From contig OZ024741.1 in the NCBI GenBank assembly GCA_964016885.1, positions 138,446,001-138,510,000 on the forward strand: DNA of 64,000 nt. The letters are read 5' to 3'. Shown piece after piece: positions 1 to 9,847 of the stretch. The notes under the pieces are model-generated. The model worked only from the letters and a program-made list of their open reading frames with translations. It made no database searches and was not told the DNA's origin. The stretch is from Eledone cirrhosa. Taxonomy: Eukaryota. The position numbers were made by a program, and so were the translations under genes. The first letter of the stretch is position 1. The number at the start of each line of letters is the position of its first letter.

Positions 1-117
1 TTTGCATGTGTAGTTTTATTTTATTTTTCCTTTCCTTCTTCCTTCTCCAGCCTCACTTTTATATAGATTGAATTTTTTTTTTTTAAAATCCAAATTCAAT
101 AAACAAACCAGGATTTT

Positions 118-175
118 TTCATTCTGAGGATTGAAAACAAAACCTTTTGCTTTTAAGAAACCACTGGTAAATGGA
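118..175 (+). ncRNA. Type I hammerhead ribozyme motif
   Basis: ttcatt-CTGAGGA-ttgaaaacaaaa/cc/ttttgcttttaa-GAAA-ccactgg-TA-aatgga: helices I, II and III pair; GUA cleavage triplet. Confidence 0.8.
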
Positions 176-202
176 ATAATTGCCTTATGTTGTTTATTAC
201 AT

Positions 203-275
<73 letters not shown>

Positions 276-916
276 TAACAGATTAAAGTTTAAACAAAGA
301 ATCGCTGCTTTCACCCTTAACAGGATCTTCCGAAACAAAAGAAGTCAATCTGTGAACGCAGAAGTAAATATTTCATAAAACATTGCAACCGAAGCAAGGC
401 AGGAAGACGATATTTTGGTTCGTAGAAACGTACCAAGATAATACGTCATTATTTGCTGAAGTGAAAACAATTACACGCGAAGACAAAACCACGTTGATGG
501 TATAAATGAAGACGTAGACTAAAATTCTATTTAGGAAACCGAATGATTCTCGGCTTCAGAGTAAAGAATAAAGTAAATAAAATACAGAGGTAATTGAAAT
601 TAAATATATACATACACACATCCATATACATACATACACAAGCATACGCGAAAACACTCCCCATGGGTATACAAATACGATCACGTACTAAAAAAAAAAA
701 AAAAAAAAAAAACACACACACACACGCACATACAGAACCCACGCAACGCCTGTACCGCACACATACGAACCTATACACCAAATACATATAAAAATGAATA
801 AATATAAACATATATACACATGTGTGTGCGTGTGTGTGCGTGTGTGTGCGTGTATACATAGTTAAATAAACATATATAAATATACACACATAAATACGTA
901 TACAACGTATACTCTG

Positions 917-1124
917 TATAAGCTACCTTATCGACAAATCCACTCCGAGCAAGAGCTTCATTGTAATATGTGGAATGGTCGTTGAAAATATGCTCGTTTG
1001 TAGATAGACGGGAAAGCCTCAAAGAAACGTTTCTTACCAGGTTCTTGGTTATGCTGGCATGATAGTTAGAATGCTTACTTATGTAATTAAGCGTATCATT
1101 CTGCTTTCTATACGGGTAGTGCAA
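917..1124 (-). pseudogene. PLE RT thumb fragment
   Basis: YPYRKQNDTLNYISKHSNY..ITKNLVRNVSLRLSRLS...YYNEALARSGF aligns with YPYHKPNEKLVYVNAKSNHP..YYNAALKK in the 732-aa ORF. Confidence 0.85.
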
Positions 1125-1145
1125 ACCATATAGTACGAGAATAGA

Positions 1146-1830
1146 CCTAGGAAAAATAGATCCGACGCATTATATGGTATAACCCACCATATAATATGGA
1201 GGTGGCCACACCTTTAGCTAAGATCTGTCTCTCCCTTATTATGAAGCATTTCCCTCCAGCATATAAATATAGTAACATTTTAATAGAAATACCATTAAAA
1301 TGTCTTACTCTACGACTCCTAACCTTGCACATAATATCACAGCTTCAAATTTAGCTAAATTACCTAGCCGAAGGAACACGTGCAACCCTGTAGCTCGTAG
1401 TAACTGTAATTGTAGGAATCGGGTTGACTGCCCCCCGTCCGGGAAATGCCTCTCTAGTAACATTGTCTACAAATGTAAGGATAAAACACCCACGTCCCGT
1501 AGGGCCTACATAGAGTTAACTGCCAATAGATTCAAGCAGCGTATTTACATGCATAGCCATTCTTTTCTTAACGCTTTAAGAAGGAATATGACGTCACTTT
1601 CAGCTTATATCTGGGTCTAAAAGACAACCACACCCAATATAAGTTACACTGGCACATCCCAGCCAGGGCTAGATCGTATAACGGAAATAAAAGACCATGT
1701 GACCTCAGTGCCGCTGAGGCCCTCGAAATACTCTACGCCAACGACCACATCTTAAACAAAAAATCTGAGGCAATTTCGGCTTGTAAACATAAATTGCACC
1801 AGACTTTCCTGTATTACAGCCCCACATTAT
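1146..1830 (+). pseudogene. PLE linker plus GIY-YIG endonuclease, frameshifted
   Basis: IWYNPPY, SYSTTPN, CNCRNRVDCP..GKCL..NIVYKC, YIELTANRFKQR, TSLSAYIW. Confidence 0.85.
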
Positions 1831-2758
1831 ACCCTAACGGATAGTACGAACTATACGCGGATATTTTACGTCTTGATGTGGTAGCTAAGTATATGTTATA
1901 TTAATACCATTACTTATTCGCATAGGTAAGTATATATTACCTGTATGTTTTGTGAAGGTACGTATATTTTCTCTACGTATATTTGATTGTATATGTTATT
2001 GGCGTATATATTATATATACTGGTACATGTGCATTTGGTTATGTGTATACGTGAGTCTTGCGTCTGTGTGAGTATGCGGGTTCGTACGTATGTAGGGTGT
2101 GTGTTTATGTGTACTTTGTGTTTTGATGTCCGCGAACATATGTGTATTTACATATGGGTGTGTGCGCGCGTTGTATACGTATTTATGTGTGTATATTTAT
2201 ATACGTTTATTTAATTATGTATACACGCACACACACGCACACACATGTGTATATATATATGTTTCTATTTATTTAATTTTACGTTTTACGTGTATTTGGT
2301 GTATACGTTCGTATGTGTGCAGTACAGGCGTTGCGTGGGTTCTGTATCAGCGTGTGTGTGTTTCCTTTTTTTTTTTTTTTTTTTGGAGTACTTGCTCGTA
2401 TTTGCATACCCATGGGGGGTGTTTTCGCGTATGCTTGTGTATGTATGTATATGGATGTGTGTATGTATATATTTAATTTCAATTACCTCTGTATTTTATT
2501 TACTTTATTCTTTACTCTGAAGCCGAGAATCATTCGGTTTCCTAAATAGAATTTTAGTCTTCGTCTTCATTTATACCATAAACCTGGTTTTGTCTTCGCG
2601 TGTAATTATTTTCACTGTACCAAATAATGACGTATTATTTTCGTTTTTTTTCCGTTCTTTGGCAGGGAACATTTCCACGAACCAAAGTATCGTCTTCCTA
2701 TCTTCCTTCGCTTGCAACGTTTTTTGAAATATTTACTTCTGCGTTCACAGATTTTTAC

Positions 2759-2806
2759 TTTCAGAAGATCCCGTTAAGGGTGAAAGCAGCGATTCTTTGC
2801 TTAAAC
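2759..2806 (+). ncRNA. Hammerhead-like motif with variant core (CAGAAGA)
   Basis: ttt-CAGAAGA-tccc gttaa gggt-GAAA-gca gcgattctt tgc-TT-aaa; homologues on - strand at 288-336, 35517-35565, 43197-43245. Confidence 0.5.
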
Positions 2807-3590
2807 CTTAATCTGTTATTTTAATAAATATTTGCTCTACGGTTCTTATATATCTGATATATATTTATCCTTATGGAACCCTCTTTGGATTTTGGTCTTC
2901 AAATTTATGGTTATTACTATATATATATATATATATATACACACACGATATCACTCTCGCCATATCCAGTAAGGATTTAGGTTTCGATAGTGTGAGACTG
3001 TAGTTCAGTAACAACTATACGTGTCTCATATATATATATATAGAGAGAGGGAATGCCGCTAATACCAACAAATGTACCCTTTCGCATCAAATGATTTCAA
3101 TTCCCAGAGAAAGTTAGTTAAACAATGACCATTAACAAGATCAAATGTGAAGGTTGTCCTCAATCTGGAAGAGCGCTGTTTCTCACATGGTCTCATTGTA
3201 TGTAGGTTATACATTTTTCTGTTAGTTTTGTATTTCTTTCTGTATTTAGATATTCTAAATACAATTTTAAAATTATGTCAAGAAATATTTAAATACCTAT
3301 TTAAATATCTAAGGAAAATGGACACGATGACAGATGTGCCCTGATGAAAATATTTGAGCACAATACAGACCAGACTGGAGGCCCTGAAACCACTAATATA
3401 TGAGAGTTTAGATGAGTTGATAATACACACATATAACTGAAAAGAACAATTCAAGGCTCAATGTGATATTATCGTCCACAGCAAGATAGGTAAGAGACAA
3501 TTCAGAGTTTAATCAAATCGGTAAATTTCCAGTGCGATGGTTTTAAAATAACATAGATTATACTCTCACCGCACACACAAATGTTTATAC

Positions 3591-3634
<44 letters not shown>

Positions 3635-3801
3635 AAATGAATAGATATTAAACATGATTTAGATTAAATCATTTAATTGCTTACCAATCGTTTCATAAAA
3701 TAACAGGGATATTCATTCCTATTATAATAAACTCTTCAGAATTTATTAGATCTGTGATTGTTTTATTGTCATGTATTGTTAAATATTAATGATATTTGAT
3801 A

Positions 3802-3867
3802 GATTCTGAAGAGATTATTATAGCAGGAAGGGATATCCATGCTATGATAATGAAAAGATCCTCAATC
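3802..3867 (+). ncRNA. Type I hammerhead ribozyme motif
   Basis: gatt-CTGAAGA-g-attattatagca...tgctatgataat-GAAA-agatcc-TC-aatc; 12-bp helix II; helix III one change from the GGATCC palindrome; diverged inverted copy at ~3677-3745. Confidence 0.75.
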
Positions 3868-3904
3868 AATTATATGATATGAATTACATCCTTGTTATTC
3901 TTTA

Positions 3905-3939
<35 letters not shown>

Positions 3940-3944
<5 letters not shown>

Positions 3945-4410
3945 AAAAAGGTTGCTCTACATGGCTGAATACAATGAATGTAATCTGTTTTTCGAATATT
4001 AATAATAATATTCGATTCGTTTGCAATTATGCATACAAGCTCATTTTTAAAGCCATGTCAGTAGAATGAGCATATTAAACATAACTGCAGACACTAATGT
4101 TTCTGGGTATTACCCTTTATCAGTACAGTTCATAGTTCACCTGCCAACTGTCAGAGCTAGTGAAAACATATGATATTTTAAAAATATATAGTGACTGGTC
4201 GGCCTGATTAGCATATAAGCAGACTGGCTGATCAGTCAGATCTGCATATTAGCAGATCCACTGATCAGCTAGATTTGCATAACAACAAACTGACCAGCCA
4301 GTTTTCTGAGCAAGGATGAGAGGCTCCTTCTGCTGACATGGCTTTAAAAATGAGGCTTGTTTGCATAATTGGAAACGAATCGAATATCATTATCAATATT
4401 CGAAAAACAC
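3940..4410. repeat. Non-coding repeat with ~85-bp inverted arms and internal 30-bp subrepeats
   Basis: ~3987-4070 inverted vs ~4322-4408; same family at 41988-42460 and an end fragment at 26310-26345. Confidence 0.7.
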
Positions 4411-4585
4411 AATATATATATATATTTGATATATATGTATCCTTATCGAGCCCTCTTTTGATTTTAGTCTTCAAATTTATTATTATTATTACTATATATA
4501 TATATGTAATATATCCACCCTCAAGAGCGTGAAACTAATAAACCTTTATTTGTACTGCCTCTCTGTTTTGTTCCCGTTCCATTTT

Positions 4586-4640
<55 letters not shown>

Positions 4641-4643
<3 letters not shown>

Positions 4644-5651
4644 GTTGGCAAGAAAGTAATTTCGTTTTTTTGCAAATAGATAGATACGATCTTTTTGAAT
4701 GATGACGTTTTTCAATGTTATGATTTTCTTTCTTTTGGTATTTGATAGCCGCTATTTTTACCTTACTTTAGAAGCAAATTCCCCGTAATTTTGTTTATAC
4801 TTGTTAGTTCAGTGTCAATATGAACATGGAGTGCAAAAACGAACATTTTCGCCATATTTTGCATTTTCATTTCCGTAACTGCAACAAAGCTGCCGAGGCT
4901 CATAAAGAGATGTGTGACGATTATAGTGTTGATTGCTTAACCGAATGCACATCTCAGAAATGATTTTTAAAATTCCGTTCTTGAGATTTTTCACTCAAAG
5001 ATGATCAACATTCTGGTCGACCTACGGAAGTTGATGATGACCGAATCAATGCCATAATTGAATCTGATTGTCATATAACCGTGCGAGAGATTGCAGAGAA
5101 GTTAAATTGAAAATCACTTAAAATGTCTTGGACTCGCTAAGAAACTAGATATTTGGGTTCCACATAAATTGAAAGAGATTCACTTAATACAACGAATCGA
5201 TATTTGCGATATGCATATCAAACGCAAACTTATCGACCTTTTTTTTTAAACGAATCATCACTAGTGACGAAAAGTGGATTGTCTATAATAACATCAATCG
5301 AAAACGATCGTGGTCCAAGCGTAATGAACCAGCACAAACCACATCGAAAGCTGAATTGCATCACAAAATTGCCATGCTGTCAATTTGGGGGGATTACAAA
5401 GGTGTTGTGTATTTTGAGCTGCTTCCAAGGAACCAAGCGATCAATTCAGATGTTTACTGTCAACAACTAATGAAACTGAAGGAAGCAATCAAAGAAAACG
5501 ACCAGAATTGGCAGATTGAAAAGGAATCGTGTTCCACCATGACAACGCTATACCACACACGTCTTTGCTAGCTCATGAGAAATTATTGGAGCATGGTTGA
5601 AAAGTGCTGTCCCATCCACCATATAGTCCTCACCTTGCACCATCAGATTAC
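4641..5651 (+). mobile_element. Decayed mariner transposon, 3'-truncated
   Basis: TA followed by TIR-like ttggttggcaagaaagtaatttcg; frameshifted transposase with HFRHIL, SGRP, WVPHKL, TSDEKW, HHDNA, HPPYSPHLAPSDY. Confidence 0.9.
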
Positions 5652-5847
5652 ATATATATGTAGGAGAGTGTTGATGTTTATTTGAAGCATTGTGAAATAA
5701 TAACATTTGCCGTTTTGGAAGCCTTAACAATGCAGATGGGTAAATCTCCGGGTAACAGAATCAGGTGGTAATGAGAGAGATGTGAGAGGAAATGTAGAAT
5801 GAGACGTATAGTGTGTAGAGAAACGTAGGAAAGAGTGTAAAAATAAT

Positions 5848-6037
5848 TGTTTCTACTATTGGCGCAAGGCCAGCAAAAACCAGTCATTACTAGTACTTTA
5901 TTTTATCGACCCCGTAAGGTTGAAAGGCAAAGTTAACCTCGGCGGGATTTGATCTCAGAATTGCAAGAGCCGTAACTCTATGCGTCAAGGCATGGCGTCC
6001 GACCCTCTACCGATACTGCCAATCCACCGCCCTGTGT
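5848..6037 (-). mobile_element. tRNA-derived SINE (Meta-core-like)
   Basis: A/B-box head and cctttca.ccttacggggtcgataaaataaagtac core; TSD aaagagtgtaa(a/c)aataat at 5830-5847 and 6038-6055. Confidence 0.85.
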
Positions 6038-6085
6038 AAAGAGTGTAACAATAATAACACAAGATAGAGTCACCTTGGAAGTGAT

Positions 6086-7720
6086 TTAATTGTCCCAATA
6101 TTTAAGATTTCGCCGCCGGATTCCTATCCGTCGTCTTTGACAACACATATTTAAATTTTCTCGACCAAACATACCGGCAGACCTCAGGGATGACACCCCC
6201 ACGCCGTCGTCTTCTTTTCAAGATACGTGGACGACCTCCTCATCCTTATATCTTCCCAGGAGATGGCGAATGGGATTTACGAGACGTTCAGCAACACGGA
6301 CGAGTATATTGACTTCAGTGTTGAACACCCCAACGACGATGGGTCTTTTGCCCTCCTCGACTTCTGAATCAACATCACGGAGCAGGGTGGGATCCACACC
6401 AGCTTCTACCGCAGGGAATCCTGCAGGGACTTGTTCGTCCACTACAAATCTGCCCTTCCTAACAGTGCTAAAAGAGGGTACATCACGAACAAGATCACGC
6501 GGATTAAAAACAGATGCAATGATCCCGTGAGTGGTATCACCCATACCAAGCGGTTCCTCAGGGTGCTGGAGACGAACGGATACCCAGCATCATTTACAAG
6601 CAGAGTAAGAAACACCAGACGCAAGAGGCAGAGAAAAACCCAAGACAAGTGCTTCCTTAAAATCCCGCACCTGGGCGAGAAAACCACCAACGCTATCCAC
6701 AGGGCTACCAGAGGGAGGACCGCAACATTCACTTGGCCCACTCGGGTCCCTCCCCACAGAGATGCCTCTCCAGGAAACCCGAGAAATTGGTTGACGCGTA
6801 TTCCCTCAGCAACTGTGCGATGCACCAAACGAACTGTTGCTTACGCACGTACGTCGTATGCAAGGTAGAATGTGACAAGTGCAACGACTTCTACATCGGT
6901 AGCACAATTCGGCCACTACATGTCCGGATCAAAAGGCACATCACGAGATGGCTGGTGTAAACAAACGAAACGACAACACAAACACACAGTAGCAATCGAA
7001 TGGTTGTTATTGTTTGTATAGTGTGTCCACCATCCACCGAGCAACAAACAACAATCAGGCAGACTTCCAATACAACAACGCACCTGCCAATATCAAAGAC
7101 TGGATATAAGAAATTGACAGCGAAGATGCGTACGCACTGACACATAGCCATACCATATATATCACGTACCTGTGTTTTGCCCATCTGTTTACACCACAGG
7201 CGGTGAATTGGTAGAATATTTACGTGGCATCGAATTAACTGTCACGCTGTTTGATCTAGTTAACATGGTTCTGTGTTCAATTTCACTGACGATATTGTTA
7301 TCTTTCATTAGTACAGAAGAAATGCCTCGACCTTTGTTTGACCGCAGCTAATCCGCGCGCACGCGCGCCCTATGGATAGTTCAGTTGTGCACACATGGTA
7401 GACTATAGAGGCCACGTGTTGTTCCTCTCCAACTAAACCCTTTTCCCATCAGAAAACCCCCAGTTGATGGATGGGAAATCCGAAATATAGGGACAATTAA
7501 AAATATTTATTTATAAAAGTGGTATATATTGTATTTTTTCTGATGAAAGCATACCATAATTTAACATGGTATACTTGAAATATGTATAATAAAATAGATA
7601 TGGTTTTATAAATATAGTTTCCATTTGTTAATATCGTATATTTACTCCAAATACTTGTCGAGTCCTTTATATCAGTTATAAAAATATTTGCTTGTTGTAT
7701 CCCAACAATATAAATAGAAC
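6086..7720 (+). mobile_element. Decayed PLE of a second lineage (Neptune/Naiad-like)
   Basis: FSRYVDDLLI, FVHYKSALP..AKRG, Cys linker, CDKCNDFYIGSTIRPLHVRIKRH (6200-6950); short inverted ends 6086-6132 vs 7466-7500; hammerhead downstream; interrupted by other repeats. Confidence 0.75.
7532..7596 (+). ncRNA. Type I hammerhead ribozyme motif
   Basis: tatttttt-CTGATGA-aagcataccat/atggtatactt-GAAA-tatgta-TA-ataaaata. Confidence 0.75.
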
Positions 7721-7748
7721 TTTTGCATATATATATATATATATATAT

Positions 7749-7861
7749 GAACGAGTAGGACCCCGACGGGTGAGCTCAAGCCGTTTCGACGGCTAATTCA
7801 AGTATTCGAGTACTTTGGTGCGTTATGGTCCACCTGGTCCGTTACCACATTTCCTTCGTTA
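7749..7861. repeat. Short structured repeat embedded in (TA)n
   Basis: Homologues at 17633-17716, 35048-35092, 41809-41955; shared agccgt-ttcg-acggct hairpin and gtcca(c/t)ctgg...ttaccaca. Confidence 0.65.
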
Positions 7862-7879
7862 TATATATATATATATATA

Positions 7880-7955
<76 letters not shown>

Positions 7956-7956
<1 letters not shown>

Positions 7957-8608
7957 ACTAATTAGTTGGAGTGAAAATTTAAGTAAGTAAGTAAAAAATT
8001 GTTTAAAAAATGTTTTGAAAAAGATTTTCTTATTTTACGTCTTTTATATTATTGTTCTGCATCCTCCCGCATTGAACCACCTAGGTACTATGACATAACC
8101 TGTGTATTTGCTGGCATAGGCGTGCATCTGTGCGCTTATGTTTGTTGATATATTAAATTATCTATATTTATCTCCAAATCACTGATTTGTCGAGCAAACC
8201 TGCCAAAACCACTTCTAAAAAAAATTTTTTTTGGGGGTGTTAGTAGGCGTCAGTCATCTTACCATCCCATTCCTTCTGACTAACCTCTGTGTCACGTGAT
8301 TGATTCTTTTGAATCGGCCATTTGACTAGAAGCAGTGAGGATTTCAGTACATGGAATTCAGTCCTCGCCAGCTGTTCTATCTACCGAATTATTATTATTT
8401 TTATATGAGCCGCCAGTGTCCGCGCATTGCCTGGAGACTTAGCTGAGAATAGACTCCCTGATGATGCAATGAATTCTCGACAGTTAGATTACGTAACTGT
8501 CTTTATCCCATTGCAGAAACTAATTAGTTGGAGTGAAAATTTAAATAAGTAAGTAAACAATTTTTTAAAAATATCTTTTGAAAAAGATTTTCTTATTTTA
8601 CGTCTTTT
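7956..8608 (+). mobile_element. Retrozyme-like non-coding unit (562-bp period, direct terminal repeat)
   Basis: 7956-8050 is repeated at 8518-8608; no ORF; contains a hammerhead; flanked by (TA)n. Confidence 0.7.
8453..8534 (+). ncRNA. Type I hammerhead ribozyme motif
   Basis: actcc-CTGATGA-tgcaatg..gacagtta/taactgtc..cattgca-GAAA-ctaattag(palindrome)-TT-ggagt. Confidence 0.85.
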
Positions 8609-8621
8609 ATATATATATATA

Positions 8622-8697
<76 letters not shown>

Positions 8698-8702
8698 GAA
8701 TG

Positions 8703-8734
<32 letters not shown>

Positions 8735-8744
8735 TGTATATAGA

Positions 8745-8795
<51 letters not shown>

Positions 8796-9190
8796 TTTTG
8801 AGTTCATGTTGGTTGTATACCAACACCTCAGTATGCAGGCTGGAGCACTCGACGAAGTGCGCAGGTTGGTTTGGTTACTCCGGAGTACTGTAAAATAAAG
8901 TTAAATAAAAGTCAAATGATTAAAATTTAGCTTCGTTTATTACTGCTATATATATTTCAGTGACAGCCATCTTTTGGGGGGGGGGGGTTCTTTCATGTAT
9001 ATGAAGAAATATAAGGCAATAAATGAAGAAAACAGAAAATAAAAAATTAATAAATAATATAATAAAATAAAATAATTAATATAATTTGTGTAATTTGAAA
9101 ATAAATAAATAAATAGAGAATAAAGAATAAAGAGTAATGAGAGATTGGTGAAAAAGTAATGATAATGTATATGGAGAAGTGAGAAATAAT

Positions 9191-9375
9191 TGTTTCTACT
9201 TTTGGCACAAGGCCAGCAATTACCCAGTGCATTACTGGTACTTTATTTTATCGACCCCGTAAGGATGAAAGGCAAAGTCAACCTCGGCGGGATTTGAACT
9301 CAGATCGTAAAGGGACGTAACTATGCTGGAAAGCATGGCGTCCGACCCTCTACCGATACTGCCAATCCACCGCCA
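9191..9375 (-). mobile_element. tRNA-derived SINE nested in PLE pseudo-LTR
   Basis: 17-bp TSD gagaagtgagaaataat (9174-9190, 9376-9392); the other arm keeps the empty site (~12686-12702). Confidence 0.92.
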
Positions 9376-9847
9376 GAGAAGTGAGAAATAATGTAGGATA
9401 AAGTGTGTGTGCGTGTGCTATAACCAATCTCAAGGTCAGAATATGTTGGATAGATTGGTATGATACAAGATGTTAAGATGAGATATTCAATGTGTTTGTG
9501 TTATAATCTATCTCAACTTAAAATAAATATAAGGTGATACAGTGAAGAGGGCAGAAAACAAATAACAGATTAATAAAGAGAAATCAAGATTTAAGATTGG
9601 AACTTGAAAGTCAGAAATCTGGTAAATTAAAAGTGTTTGTGTTATAGATGTTGGCCAAATTATTATGGCTGTGTCCGATTCTATCTCTAGGCTATTATGG
9701 TGTCTGCTCCGCCTGTGGCTTGAGGGGAGTTCACAACCTAGGGTGTTGTTATTGCCCATATAGCTTGAGGGAGGTCTGGCCGAGAGGTGATTTCATGTTC
9801 TGTAGAAGTCCCTATAGCTTGAGGGGAGTTCACATCTTCTTGTGTTG

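Larger units (their letters stand above)
271..2824 (+). mobile_element. Truncated, rearranged Penelope-like element with inverted pseudo-LTR
   Basis: 271-916 is an inverted copy of ~2170-2824; PLE RT-thumb fragment on - strand (917-1124); WYNPP linker and GIY-YIG remnants on + strand (1146-1830); left end abuts (TA)n. Confidence 0.85.

Noticed and set aside
8578-8898. [12 protein letters not shown] and VCVC ORFs here and throughout the window
   Set aside because: Translations of dinucleotide microsatellites, not genes
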